Origin: an uncultured Erysipelotrichaceae bacterium | GTDB taxonomy: Bacteria > Bacillota_I > Bacilli_A > RF39 > UBA660 | Reading direction: 5' to 3' | Assembly (NCBI GenBank): GCA_902797105.1 | Contig: CADBRL010000029.1 | Location: 1-37,246 of the forward strand | DNA: 37,246 nt | Shown: piece by piece, positions 1 through 9,971 of the stretch | Position numbering within the stretch: position 1 is the first letter of the stretch | Layout: the number at the start of each line of letters is the position of its first letter | Position numbers and translations under genes: made by a program | The notes under the pieces: generated by a model | Databases searched by the model: none | Seen by the model: only the letters and a program-made list of their open reading frames with translations | What the model was told of the DNA's origin: nothing

Positions 1-734
1 TTAAGTTCACTTCTATCTTGAAGCATATTTAAAAAATTCACATATTTTTCATTATCATTAAAATTAATTTCCAAGTAATCACTTGTTTCAGATATTCTAT
101 AAACACTAAATACTTGCCACATTGTATTTTGATATTCGGTTGAAAGCTTAACAACATGATTATTTTTATTGTTATACCAGTTACTTTTAAAAATATTTTT
201 TAAAGAGCCAAACATCGTTCCATCAATTCTACCATGAGCATATAAAATAGTATTTTGATTAAGAGTCTTTAAATCATTTCGATAATCCATAAATACCCAT
301 CCAGCAGAATTATATTTTTTATTAAAATCTTTCTTCAAATAATAAGTATTATTATCAGTTTGTACAAAAGGATAATTTATATTTGTACCACTTACTTGTA
401 TCCATCCCACTATTTCATTATTTTTTTCTTTTAAATTAGTAAAGTCTACATTAATTAAATTCATTTTAATATAATCCCAGTACGGATTTTCTTTTTTTAC
501 CTCTTCCTTTGATGGATTTACTATTTCTGTTTCTGTTGAATCTGTTATTTCTTTTATTTCTACTATTTCATGTATTTCTTCAATCTGTTTTTCAGTATTT
601 TTAGCATCAATTGCCCATCTAATTATATTATAACTAGAAAATAAACTCAAAAATATAAAAAATAATAAAAATAGTACTACAAAATGTTTTTTTAAAATTA
701 ACTTTTTCTTTTTTTTATGATTTTCTATTGTCAT
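1..734 (-). CDS. srtB: class B sortase, partial (C-terminus runs off the window)
   Basis: Absent from the supplied track because it is open at the window edge. Hand translation of the minus strand from ATG 734 gives MTIENHKKKKKLILKKHFVVLFLLFF (membrane anchor). It continues with GWIQVSGTNINYPFVQTDNNTYYL, AGWVFMDYRN and ILYAHGRIDGTMFGSL, which match the conserved N-terminal half of SrtB-type sortases. The catalytic Cys region lies beyond position 1. Confidence 0.7.
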   Translation of the reverse strand, partial: MTIENHKKKKKLILKKHFVVLFLLFFIFLSLFSSYNIIRWAIDAKNTEKQIEEIHEIVEIKEITDSTETEIVNPSKEEVKKENPYWDYIKMNLINVDFTNLKEKNNEIVGWIQVSGTNINYPFVQTDNNTYYLKKDFNKKYNSAGWVFMDYRNDLKTLNQNTILYAHGRIDGTMFGSLKNIFKSNWYNNKNNHVVKLSTEYQNTMWQVFSVYRISETSDYLEINFNDNEKYVNFLNMLQDRSEL

Positions 735-742
735 CACTCGCT

Positions 743-1249
743 CTATTTATCTAGTTCAATTTCTATTTTATGACCAATTTTAGTATCTAACTTACGATAA
801 GTAACTCCGCATTCATCAAATAACTTTCTTGATGCAACAAAATTTACTTCATCATGATATTTATCACTTAAATATACAACTTCTTTTATTCCACATTGAA
901 TAATTGCCTTAGCACATTCATTACATGGAAAAAGTGCTACATATATTTTAGAATTTTCTAAATCTCTTTTATTACCACGAAAATTTAATATTGCATTAAG
1001 TTCAGCATGACAAACATATAAATACTTAGTATCAAGCGGAGCACCTTCTCTATCCCAAGGAAAACAATCATCATGAAATCCATTCGGAGCACCATTATAA
1101 CCAATTGATAAAATTCTATTATCATCACTTACAATACAAGCTCCAACTTGTGTTGATGGGTCTTTACTTCTAAGTGCAGATAACTTAGCAATTCCCATGA
1201 AATATTCATCCCATGATAAATAATCAGTCCTTTGTTTCTTTATATCCAT
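743..1249 (-). CDS. comEB: dCMP deaminase (ComEB type)
   Basis: 168 aa. Carries the cytidine/deoxycytidylate deaminase zinc motifs HAELNAI and PCNECAKAI. Size is typical of ComEB. Confidence 0.85.
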   Translation of the reverse strand: MDIKKQRTDYLSWDEYFMGIAKLSALRSKDPSTQVGACIVSDDNRILSIGYNGAPNGFHDDCFPWDREGAPLDTKYLYVCHAELNAILNFRGNKRDLENSKIYVALFPCNECAKAIIQCGIKEVVYLSDKYHDEVNFVASRKLFDECGVTYRKLDTKIGHKIEIELDK

Positions 1250-1309
1250 TTTTTCACATCCTTACTTATATATTGTAACAAATTTTTCAAAAAAAAAGAA
1301 GATGTATTA

Positions 1310-2605
1310 CTACAACTTCACAATTTCTTTAACTTTTTCAGGATTTTTTAAATCAATTTCAAAATTATTTTGATTTATCATATCCTTAACAGTTACTTTA
1401 CCACTTTTAACTTCATCTTCACCAACAATTATTACATATGGGATATTTTCTCTATTAGCAAAGTCTAAACTTTTTTTAAGTTTTCTACTTTTCATTTCTA
1501 TATCAACATTATATCCATAACTTCTTAGGGTATCCGCTAAAGATAAAGCTTCCATGTCAACACCCATTGGAATTATATAAAACTTAATATCTGATGTATT
1601 TTTAAAATCATCTCTTGTTTTAAGAATTTCATAAATTGATGTTAAACCGAAACTAATACCAACTGCAGGATAAACTTCACCATCATTAATATATTCAGTG
1701 ACCATTTTATCATATCTACCGCCGCCACCGATAGAACTTGTTAAATATCCTGACTTATCATATACTTCAAAAACATTACCAGTATAATAATCTTGACCAC
1801 GAGCAAGTGTTAAATCAATTTTACAAATTTCACTAAACCCTAATTTTTCAAGATATCCCTTTAATGTATCAATTTCCTTAATACCTAAAGTAAGTTCTTC
1901 ATTTGAACTATCTTTAAACATATCCTTTATTTTATCAATATCCAATTTAAATAACATAAGAAGTTTATCGATTTGTTCATTTTCTATAGCTATTTCAATT
2001 AAATATGTTCTAAGTTCTGCTTCAGTTATCTTATTCATTTTATCAAGTATTGTTATTACTCTGCTTATTTGTTCTTCACTAACACCAGCTTCTTTTATAA
2101 GACCACGCATTAAATTTCTATTATTATATTTAATTATAATATCAATACCCAACTTTTTAAAAGCATTAATATATAAACTTAAAAGTTCTGCTTCAATAAA
2201 TTGACCTTCAATACCTACAACATCTGCATCACATTGTGTAAATTCTCTATCTCTACCAACTTTAACTGGGCCATCTCTAAATACTTTAGCTATTTCATAT
2301 CTTTTAAATGGCATTGATATATTGTTCTTATTTAGAGCAATAAACTTAGCAAATGGTACAGTTAAATCGTATCTTAATCCAAGTTCTCTTCCTCCTTGGT
2401 CACTTAACTTATAGATTTCTTTAAGTAAATCATTATTTTCATCATACTTATCTACTAGCATATCTAAGTAGCATAAAATCGGAGTTTCAATTGAACCATA
2501 ACCATATTCCATAAAAGTTTCTTTAAGTACTCCATTAATATAATTTCTAATTTTTTGTTCTTTAGGTAAAAAATCATAACCACCTTTTACATTTTGAATT
2601 TTCAT
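1310..2605 (-). CDS. hisS: histidine--tRNA ligase
   Basis: 431 aa class II aaRS. HisRS signatures LRYDLTVPFAKF, FRDGPVKVGRDREFTQCD and GGGGRYD, plus a C-terminal anticodon-binding domain. GAGGA SD lies 5 nt before the ATG. Confidence 0.95.
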   Translation of the reverse strand: MKIQNVKGGYDFLPKEQKIRNYINGVLKETFMEYGYGSIETPILCYLDMLVDKYDENNDLLKEIYKLSDQGGRELGLRYDLTVPFAKFIALNKNNISMPFKRYEIAKVFRDGPVKVGRDREFTQCDADVVGIEGQFIEAELLSLYINAFKKLGIDIIIKYNNRNLMRGLIKEAGVSEEQISRVITILDKMNKITEAELRTYLIEIAIENEQIDKLLMLFKLDIDKIKDMFKDSSNEELTLGIKEIDTLKGYLEKLGFSEICKIDLTLARGQDYYTGNVFEVYDKSGYLTSSIGGGGRYDKMVTEYINDGEVYPAVGISFGLTSIYEILKTRDDFKNTSDIKFYIIPMGVDMEALSLADTLRSYGYNVDIEMKSRKLKKSLDFANRENIPYVIIVGEDEVKSGKVTVKDMINQNNFEIDLKNPEKVKEIVKL

Positions 2606-2636
2606 ATTTTCCTCAATCCTTCCTTATAATAATTAT

Positions 2637-2672
2637 TTAAAAAAGCTATACAAGTAGTTACTTGTATAGCTT
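2637..2672 (-). terminator. intrinsic terminator (attenuator) in the hisS leader
   Basis: Minus strand reads aagctatacaagta-ac-tacttgtatagctt, a 13-14 bp perfect stem, followed by TTTTTT. It sits about 30 nt upstream of the hisS start. Confidence 0.65.
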
Positions 2673-2714
2673 AAAATATACAAGCACTACAATAAGCACT
2701 TGTATTTACAACCT

Positions 2715-2780
2715 TTAATGTCGTAAGTCCAAGTGCATGATTTTATGATGATGAACTATTCTTTCTAAATATTCTTTCAT
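2715..2780 (-). CDS. putative His-rich leader peptide (21 aa: MKEYLERIVHHHKIMHLDLRH)
   Basis: Hand translated. ATG 2780, stop 2715-2717. AAAGGA lies 9 nt upstream. 5 of 21 codons are His, including CAT CAT CAT (plus strand 2745-2753). It lies between the hisS promoter and the attenuator hairpins. An in-frame alternative ATG is at 2789. Confidence 0.4.
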   Translation of the reverse strand: MKEYLERIVHHHKIMHLDLRH

Positions 2781-2807
2781 AAAATACATTCCTTTCAAAG
2801 CAAGTAC

Positions 2808-2837
2808 ATTATAACACAACTATATTATATTTGTCAA
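2808..2837 (-). promoter_or_regulatory. sigma-A type promoter for the hisS leader
   Basis: Minus strand has TTGACA (2832-2837), an 18-nt spacer, then TGT-TATAAT (2808-2813), a near-consensus extended -10. Confidence 0.55.
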
Positions 2838-2880
2838 AACCTATATCAATATTCTAAGATTTTTAAAATATATAATCAAC

Positions 2881-2945
2881 AAAAAAATGCTTATTTGTCA
2901 TTATAAATGTTCAAATAAACATTAACACAAAAAACAAGTAAGCAT
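2881..2945 (-). terminator. long hairpin plus T7 run insulating hisS from upstream transcription
   Basis: Minus strand reads atgcttacttg ... caaataagcat: an 11-bp stem with 1 mismatch and an inner aatgtt/aacatt hairpin in the loop, followed by TTTTTTT. Confidence 0.4.
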
Positions 2946-3047
2946 CTGACATACTAAAATCAAATATTCTTTTTTTATTATATGAAATTTGTTTTCATAT
3001 ATACTTCTATCTTATTTTAATTCAAATTTCAAGCCACAAATTTTACC

Positions 3048-3082
3048 AAAAAAAATAAAGCCTACTCTATAAGCTCTATTTT
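3048..3082 (-). terminator. probable sigE terminator
   Basis: Minus strand reads aaaatagagc-ttatagagtag-gctttatttt, a 10 bp stem including one G-U pair, running into a long T tract. A second hairpin (gtgaaattgg/ccaattcac) lies just upstream at 3086-3108. Confidence 0.4.
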
Positions 3083-3208
3083 TAAGTGAATTGGAAACCA
3101 ATTTCACACTATCCCTTTTATTCTAGCTACTGCTAGCTTAATTAAATTATATGCTATAAATTTTTACTTTGCAATATATTTTACACATATATTTACAATA
3201 TCTTTACA

Positions 3209-3892
3209 TTATCTAATCATAACTTGTTTTAATTTTCTAACCACTTTCTTTTCAATTCTTGAAATATAAGATTGGCTTATCCCTAGCATTTCTGCTACTT
3301 CTTTCTGAGTATATTCCTTAGTATTATTAAGACCATATCTAAGTGTCATTATCTCTTTATCTCTATCAGGAAGGCCTTCAATTTCTTTACATAAAACCTC
3401 TTTATCCACTTGTTTTTCATATTCATTTGGTACTAAATCTATCTCTGTACCTAAGATATCTTCAAGATGAAGTTCATTGCCTTCGGCATCGTAATTTAAA
3501 GCATCTTCAAGTGATACTTCTGCTCTTTTTCTTTTATTTTTTCTTAAAAACATTAATATTTCATTAGAGATACATCTTGATGCATAAGTAGCAAGTTTAA
3601 TATTTTTATCAATCTTATAAGTATTTATACCTTTGATAAGTCCGATCGAACCTATACTTACTAAGTCTTCAATATCATAAGTGGTATTTTCATACTTTTT
3701 AGCTAAGAAAACAACTAATCTTAAGTTATGTTCAATTAAGACATTTCTAGCTTCCTCATCACCAGCTTTGGCTTTAATTAAATAAGCAAGTTCTTCATCT
3801 TTGGAAAGTGGTGGTGGTAATTTATCGGTTGCCCCCACAAAAAAAACTTCATTGTACTTACTAAATAACCATTCAATTATTTTTCTAAACAT
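3209..3892 (-). CDS. sigE: pro-sigma-E, sporulation mother-cell sigma factor
   Basis: 227 aa. EVFFVGATDKLPPPLSKDEE, IEHNLRLVVFLAKKY, KLATYASRCISNEILMFLRK and GISQSYISRIEKK align closely with my recollection of Bacillus SigE. It sits immediately after spoIIGA and overlaps it by 16 nt. Confidence 0.9.
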   Translation of the reverse strand: MFRKIIEWLFSKYNEVFFVGATDKLPPPLSKDEELAYLIKAKAGDEEARNVLIEHNLRLVVFLAKKYENTTYDIEDLVSIGSIGLIKGINTYKIDKNIKLATYASRCISNEILMFLRKNKRKRAEVSLEDALNYDAEGNELHLEDILGTEIDLVPNEYEKQVDKEVLCKEIEGLPDRDKEIMTLRYGLNNTKEYTQKEVAEMLGISQSYISRIEKKVVRKLKQVMIR

Positions 3893-4680
3893 ATATCCTC
3901 CATTAATTTATAATTAAGTAAAACATCTGCACCATTTAAGTTAAACTCATCATTACTAATGCCCACTAGATAATTAGTAAATATTTGATTATTAACTTTT
4001 AAATATTTAATTTTAAAACATTCAATTAATCCATATTTATTTAAGGCTTTATAAGGAACATACATCGGACTACGAATATTTATATAACTTGATAATAATT
4101 TCTTTGACATAATAATTACATATTTTTTAGTAACTGGGTCTTTAAGATTATTACCAGAGTCAATAAATCCTGTAGAATTTAAAACTTTACCATTATTAAA
4201 TACTATTTCAACATTACAATTAAAATTATATGATGATTTGTACTTTTTATGCTCATAAATATATAAGCCAAGTATAATCGGTCCAAGTATTAAAAGAAGC
4301 AAATAATTTATACTTAAACCATCAAAATAAAAAATTAAGCCTTCTCTTTTATAACTAAATTCAATATCTAAAAGATAAAGAAAACCACCTAGAATAACAC
4401 TACACATGTATAAATAAAGTAAATTAGTAAAGGTATACTTAATATTTTTAAATTTAAATGCCACAAGAACCATAATGACACTAACAAGTATTTTAAGTAA
4501 AAATAAAATAAATTTATTAAAAGGTAAAAACAAAATAATAAGGGACAAAGCACCAATGATACTGGCTGAAATAAGTCTTACAAAATTTTTATGTCTTTTA
4601 AGTGTTATATCTATTGTCATAAGGAGTAGTAAATCATAGATAAAATTTAGCATAAAAACTAAGTCCAAGTATATCTTCAT
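3877..4680 (-). CDS. spoIIGA: sigma-E processing peptidase SpoIIGA
   Basis: Start moved to ATG 4680 (MKIYLDLVFMLNF, as in Bacillus SpoIIGA), with GGTGA 5 nt upstream. Multi-pass N-terminal membrane domain plus the GFIDSGNNLKDP aspartic-protease motif. Confidence 0.85.
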   Translation of the reverse strand: MKIYLDLVFMLNFIYDLLLLMTIDITLKRHKNFVRLISASIIGALSLIILFLPFNKFILFLLKILVSVIMVLVAFKFKNIKYTFTNLLYLYMCSVILGGFLYLLDIEFSYKREGLIFYFDGLSINYLLLLILGPIILGLYIYEHKKYKSSYNFNCNVEIVFNNGKVLNSTGFIDSGNNLKDPVTKKYVIIMSKKLLSSYINIRSPMYVPYKALNKYGLIECFKIKYLKVNNQIFTNYLVGISNDEFNLNGADVLLNYKLMEDICLEK

Positions 4681-4752
4681 TTTTATCACCAAAATCATTA
4701 TACAAAAAAAAGCAACAATAATTTGTTGCTTTTTGTCGAACACATTTAATTT

Positions 4753-5814
4753 TTAATAATTATCGCTTCTTAAAAATGGTGGAATTTCATATTCATCGTC
4801 TACTTCAGGAGTTTGTCTTCTTTTTTGAACATGTACTTCATCACTAAATAACGCTTCTTCCCCAACTTCATCATCAAATCCTGTAGCTATTACTGTAACA
4901 ATAACTTCATCAGTTAAATTGTCATTCTTTATAGCACCGAAGATTATATTTATATCTGAGTTTGCTGCTTCTCTGACAGTTTCTACAGCATCTTCAATTT
5001 CAAATAATGTAAGATTTTTACCACCAGTTACGTTAACAATTGCATTTGTTGCACCTTCAATAGTTGCTTCCAAAAGTGAATTGGATACTGCTTGTCTAGC
5101 AGCTTCAATTGCTCTATTTTCACCAGCATTACATCCAATACCAATAATTGCTGTACCACTTTTTTCCATAACTGTCTTAACATCCGCAAAGTCTAGGTTG
5201 ATAACTCCAGTAACAGCAATTAAGTCTGAGATTGATTGAACACCTCTGTGAAGTACATTATCTACTTCTTTAAATGCATCTTCAAAACTTGTAGTTTTAT
5301 CAATTAATTCTCTTAATCTATCATTAGGTATAATAATTAAACTATCAACATGAGTTCTAAGTTCTTCAAGTCCTACTAAAGCATTTTCCATTCTCTTTTT
5401 GCCTTCAAATCTAAATGGTTTAGTAACTATACCAACTGTTAAAGCTCCCATATTTTGAGCAATTTCAGCAATAATTGGAGCAGCACCAGTACCAGTACCT
5501 CCACCAAGTCCACAAGCAACAAATACCATATCTGCTCCTTGCAATGCATCTTCTAATTCATTTTTACTTTCTAGAGCAGCACTTCTACCAACTTCTGGGT
5601 TAGCTCCAGCACCTCTTCCTCCAGTAATATTTTTACCTATTTGTATTTTATTTTGACATAAAGAAGCATTTAAAACTTGTAAGTCTGTATTTACTACATA
5701 AAATTCAACACTTTTAACTCCTTCTTCAATCATTCGGTTTACTGCGTTACATCCGCCGCCGCCTACGCCAACAACTTTAATCTTGGCTATTTGATCCATC
5801 TGTAATCCATTCAT
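4753..5814 (-). CDS. ftsZ: cell division GTPase FtsZ
   Basis: [10 protein letters not shown] and the [10 protein letters not shown] tubulin signature. C-terminal EIPPFLR peptide. GGGAGA SD 7 nt upstream. Confidence 0.97.
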   Translation of the reverse strand: MNGLQMDQIAKIKVVGVGGGGCNAVNRMIEEGVKSVEFYVVNTDLQVLNASLCQNKIQIGKNITGGRGAGANPEVGRSAALESKNELEDALQGADMVFVACGLGGGTGTGAAPIIAEIAQNMGALTVGIVTKPFRFEGKKRMENALVGLEELRTHVDSLIIIPNDRLRELIDKTTSFEDAFKEVDNVLHRGVQSISDLIAVTGVINLDFADVKTVMEKSGTAIIGIGCNAGENRAIEAARQAVSNSLLEATIEGATNAIVNVTGGKNLTLFEIEDAVETVREAANSDINIIFGAIKNDNLTDEVIVTVIATGFDDEVGEEALFSDEVHVQKRRQTPEVDDEYEIPPFLRSDNY

Positions 5815-5829
5815 AATTCATTCTCCCAT

Positions 5830-7071
5830 CTAGTTATCAAAAAAGTATCCAAATAATTTACCTAATAAGGAATCATCTGAAATATTAACCTTTTTATGTA
5901 TTCCACTTAATTCTTCTTGTTCATCAATATTAAATATTGAAAAATCCCTATTTCTTAATTTTAACCTACTATCATAATACTTTATTAACCCTACTCCAGT
6001 AGCATATTTATTATGTCTAGCTCCAATTTCTGTAACAACTCCTAACGTAGCATCTTTAAAAATATAATCCATTATACTTTTAAAATCTGCCATTTCTGTT
6101 ACTCCCCCTGTAACAATTATATAACTAATTTCCTTTTTTGTTAAGAGATTTATTTGTTTTTTTGCTAAATTTAGCAATTCTTCTAATCTTCCCATGACAA
6201 TTTCACTGGCATCATACTGATTTATCTTAATTTTATCACCATTTTTATTTTCTAAAATTACTGATTCATTAGGTTGAGCATTAGTTTTATTAGCAAGAGC
6301 AATTGATTCTTTTAAGTAAAGAGCATCATTCCTACTTATTTTATATACATAACCTAAATCATAATCAATAGCCTCTCCCCCCATATCAATAGCTTCTGAA
6401 CCAGTAAGTATACCTTTGTTAAATATAGCAACTGTTGTTTTAGAAGCACCAATATTTATTACAGCCCCTACTTCTTCACTATTTTTACTATTTTTAAATT
6501 CATAATAGTCACCAATAGGTCCAACTGTAACATCAACTACTGTAACTCCTATTTTTTCCAAACATTTAATTATAGAATTTACATTTTTCTTTGGCACTGT
6601 TGCCACAACTACTTTTACTTTTAATTTTTCTGCATGCATATGAAGTGGATTATTCGTTACACTACTATCATCTATTAAAAACTTAGTAGGTAAAAGTCCA
6701 ACTATTTCTCTATTATCCATAACTTTATTACATACAGCAGTTTGCATTGACTTAATAATATCTGCACCAGTTACTATATGTTCTTCATTTGTAATAGAAG
6801 CATAACCTTCACTTAAGAAACATTCTAAATCATTTGTTGGACAACTAACAATTACTTTGGTTATCTTAAGACCAATTTGTTCTTCACCTTTTTTAAAAAC
6901 ATCGCTTAAGGCTTCAATAGCACTTTCAGGGTTTACAACAAAACCTTTTTTTATGCCACGAGATGGTGTGTCTACACATGCTAAAATATTTAGTTTATTA
7001 CGCATTATTTCGCCCACTACAAGTTTAATAGTGTAACTACCGATATCTAAACTAGCTATTATCTTTCGCAT
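5830..7071 (-). CDS. ftsA: cell division protein FtsA
   Basis: Actin-like ATPase (SLDIGSYTIKLVVGE, VINIGASKTTVAIF, IVTGGVTEM). Start moved from 7128 to ATG 7071 because AGGAGA lies 7 nt upstream of it. Confidence 0.9.
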   Translation of the reverse strand: MRKIIASLDIGSYTIKLVVGEIMRNKLNILACVDTPSRGIKKGFVVNPESAIEALSDVFKKGEEQIGLKITKVIVSCPTNDLECFLSEGYASITNEEHIVTGADIIKSMQTAVCNKVMDNREIVGLLPTKFLIDDSSVTNNPLHMHAEKLKVKVVVATVPKKNVNSIIKCLEKIGVTVVDVTVGPIGDYYEFKNSKNSEEVGAVINIGASKTTVAIFNKGILTGSEAIDMGGEAIDYDLGYVYKISRNDALYLKESIALANKTNAQPNESVILENKNGDKIKINQYDASEIVMGRLEELLNLAKKQINLLTKKEISYIIVTGGVTEMADFKSIMDYIFKDATLGVVTEIGARHNKYATGVGLIKYYDSRLKLRNRDFSIFNIDEQEELSGIHKKVNISDDSLLGKLFGYFFDN

Positions 7072-7200
7072 GCAAACATCTCCTATTACCTTATAACTAA
7101 TTATATCTAAAAACAAGCTTACATGCAAGTGCTTTATAACACTTTTTTATAAACATTTTGTGATAAGACTAAGCCCCAAATGTAAAATTTACAAAGAATT

Positions 7201-7229
7201 ATAGACAAATGCCGTTTTTTTTGATATAA
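7201..7229 (+). promoter_or_regulatory. promoter for rnj
   Basis: TAGACA (7201-7206), 17-nt spacer, TGA-TATAAT (extended -10, 7224-7229). Confidence 0.45.
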
Positions 7230-7290
7230 TTAATCCAGTTCAGTAACTTTATGAATTAATTTAATTTTTAAGAAAGAAGGAATTTTTTGA

Positions 7291-8967
7291 ATGGAAAATA
7301 AAAATAATATTGCCACGAAAGTTATTGCTTTAGGTGGCTTAGGTGAAGTTGGAAAAAATATGTATGTTGTTGAACATAATGATGAACTACTAATTATTGA
7401 TGCTGGAGTTATGTTTCCAGAAGATAATTTACTTGGTGTTGATTATGTTATTCAAGATATTTCATATTTAAAGAAAAATGCTGATAAAATTAAAGGTTTA
7501 TTTATAACTCATGGGCATGAAGACCATATCGGAGGTATTCCATTTTTACTTCAAGCAATTAACATACCTGTTATCTATACACCAAAAATTGCTAAAGATT
7601 TAATTGAAAAAAAACTTGTAGAACGTAATATAAAGTATGAAAATTATCAAATAATCACATCAGATTTTAATGTTAAAACTAAGTATTTTGATATTTCATT
7701 TATTAATACTACCCACTCTATACCAGATAGTTTTGCTATTGTTATAAAGACACCAAATGGTACTATTTTTGAAACTGGGGACTTTAAATTTGATTTAACT
7801 CCAGTTGGACCAATGGCCGATATTCATAAAATGGCTAAGTTTGGTTCTGAAGGTGTTACTCTACTACTTAGTGATTCAACTAATGCTTTAACAAGTGGTT
7901 ACTCCAAAAGTGAAAGTGCTGTTGATGGAACTCTTAATGATATGATTAGTAAACATCATGGTAGAGTTATTATTGCGACATTTGCATCTAATATTTATCG
8001 TATTAAACATATTGTTGAAAGTTGTAAAAAGTATGGCAGAAAAATAATTGTTTTTGGTAGAAGTATGGATAATAGTATTGAACTTGCTTTAAGCAACGGA
8101 CTTATTAATGATAAATCAATGTTTATTGATGCAAATGAAGCTAAAAGTCTAAAGAGAAATGAAATTTGTATTTTGTGTACTGGTTCTCAAGGTGAACCAC
8201 TTGCGGCCTTATCCCGTATTGCAAATGGACAACATAAACAAATATCACTACTTAATGATGATTTAGTAATATTTTCATCTAGCCCAATACCTGGTAATGC
8301 TGAAAGCATTAATAAAATTATCAACAAACTATACTTAAAAGGTGTTCGTGTATTTACTAATTCAGAATTTAGTGATGTTCATACTTCTGGGCATGCAAAA
8401 GAAGAAGAATTAAAATGGATGCTTAGAATTATTAAACCTAAATACTTTATGCCAATGCATGGAGAATATAGAATGCTAAAAAAACATACAGAAATTGGAG
8501 TAATGTGTGGAGTAAAACCAGAAAACACATTTATATGCACTAATGGTGATGTTATAGAAATATTAAATGGTGAAGTAAAAAAAGCTGGAACAGTTCAAGC
8601 CGGAGATGTTTATGTTGATGGTTCTCGTGTCGGAGATATTGGCTCTGTGGTTATTAAAGATCGTAAACTTATGAGTCAAGATGGAATACTTATTACTATT
8701 TTAAATATTAACACATTACAACGTAAACTATTGCTTAAACCTAATGTAACTGCTCGTGGATTTGTTCTTGTTAACGAAAATCAAGAATTAATGCAAAAAA
8801 TAGAAAGAAAAATTAGTGAAATAGCAAATAATGCTTTAAGTAAAGCTCCATATAGTTATATAGATTTAAAAAATCAAATTATATTAGAATTACTTCCATT
8901 TATTAATAATTTAACTGGTAGAAAACCTATTATATTACCCGTTATTATGGAAGTAAATCAAGCATAG
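7291..8967 (+). CDS. rnj: ribonuclease J
   Basis: 558 aa. Metallo-beta-lactamase HGHEDHIGG motif, beta-CASP region, and a C-terminal domain typical of RNase J1/J2. Confidence 0.93.
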   Translation: MENKNNIATKVIALGGLGEVGKNMYVVEHNDELLIIDAGVMFPEDNLLGVDYVIQDISYLKKNADKIKGLFITHGHEDHIGGIPFLLQAINIPVIYTPKIAKDLIEKKLVERNIKYENYQIITSDFNVKTKYFDISFINTTHSIPDSFAIVIKTPNGTIFETGDFKFDLTPVGPMADIHKMAKFGSEGVTLLLSDSTNALTSGYSKSESAVDGTLNDMISKHHGRVIIATFASNIYRIKHIVESCKKYGRKIIVFGRSMDNSIELALSNGLINDKSMFIDANEAKSLKRNEICILCTGSQGEPLAALSRIANGQHKQISLLNDDLVIFSSSPIPGNAESINKIINKLYLKGVRVFTNSEFSDVHTSGHAKEEELKWMLRIIKPKYFMPMHGEYRMLKKHTEIGVMCGVKPENTFICTNGDVIEILNGEVKKAGTVQAGDVYVDGSRVGDIGSVVIKDRKLMSQDGILITILNINTLQRKLLLKPNVTARGFVLVNENQELMQKIERKISEIANNALSKAPYSYIDLKNQIILELLPFINNLTGRKPIILPVIMEVNQA

Positions 8968-8986
8968 AAAAAGAAAATTAGCTCAT

Positions 8987-9970
8987 CTAATTTTCTTTTT
9001 TTGTACTAAATTTTATTAAAAATAAACTTAGAATAAACATTATGATATCTATTATTACTTTGATTAGTATTATATGTGATTTAACTAAAGATAAAATAAT
9101 AGCACTTACTACATAATCAATTATTACATATTTTAAATTTACATGATTATTAAATATCATTTTTATTATACATGATACAATTTTACATAATAATAAGAAT
9201 AATGGTATTACATAAAATGCACTATTTATATCATAAACTTTAGCAAATATAACTGTTTCTATAATATAAGCAAGTAATGTAAATAGTATATATGATGCAA
9301 ATAAACGATATACTCTGATTGAATCTTTAACAGGATTAAAATGACTTGTTTCATTATCATTAATATAAATTGTTTCAATTACTACTTCTTTTATAGGTAT
9401 ATTTTTTAGTTTTGTTTCTATTAAGACATTTGTTTCGTACTCATATCTTTCTCCGGATACCGCAATTAACTTTTTTGCAATATCCAAACTCATTGCTCTA
9501 AGTCCTGTCTGCGTATCACTTACCTTTTGACCTACGAAAGAATATAAAACATTTCTAGTTATAACATTGCCAAATTTTGAACGTGTTGGAACATTTTTAT
9601 CTGAGAAATCTCTGACACCAAGAACTAAACTATCCATATTTTTCTTAGCAACATCACCACATTTTTTAATATCTTTAACACTATGTTGGCCATCACAATC
9701 TGCTGTTACTATAACTTTGGCATCTGGATAATTATTTAAAATATAGTTTATACCATTTTTTAAACCTCTTCCTTTACCTAAGTTAACATTATGTTTTACT
9801 ACTGGATATTTCTTAGCTAACTTCTTCATGTATTTATCATGTTTTTCACTGCATCCATCATTTATGAATACAACATTTTCAAACTTTTTAATTAACTTTT
9901 CTAAAAATGTATCCATTATCTCTTCATTCGGATCATATACTGGTATTAATACCACGATATCTTTATTCAT
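8987..9970 (-). CDS. family 2 glycosyltransferase with multi-pass membrane C-terminal region
   Basis: GT2 fold motifs (VLIPVYDPNE, TADCDGQH, ED-like region) over about 220 aa. Followed by about 100 aa of hydrophobic helices. Starts 1 nt after the upstream gene stop. Confidence 0.75.
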   Translation of the reverse strand: MNKDIVVLIPVYDPNEEIMDTFLEKLIKKFENVVFINDGCSEKHDKYMKKLAKKYPVVKHNVNLGKGRGLKNGINYILNNYPDAKVIVTADCDGQHSVKDIKKCGDVAKKNMDSLVLGVRDFSDKNVPTRSKFGNVITRNVLYSFVGQKVSDTQTGLRAMSLDIAKKLIAVSGERYEYETNVLIETKLKNIPIKEVVIETIYINDNETSHFNPVKDSIRVYRLFASYILFTLLAYIIETVIFAKVYDINSAFYVIPLFLLLCKIVSCIIKMIFNNHVNLKYVIIDYVVSAIILSLVKSHIILIKVIIDIIMFILSLFLIKFSTKKEN

Positions 9971-9971
9971 A

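Noticed and set aside
2606-2840. Expected a T-box riboswitch upstream of hisS.
   Set aside because: Reading the minus strand, I found no GGUGGUACCGCG-like T-box sequence, no AG bulge or distal-loop motif, and no 7-nt UGGN bulge in the antiterminator. The leader-ORF model fits better. A covariance-model scan is still needed.
2946-3047. A possible small transcript between the two terminator-like structures downstream of sigE, including the palindrome atatgaaa-tttgt-tttcatat at about 2980-3000.
   Set aside because: There is no convincing promoter in this nearly pure A/T stretch, no ORF, and no recognisable RNA family feature.
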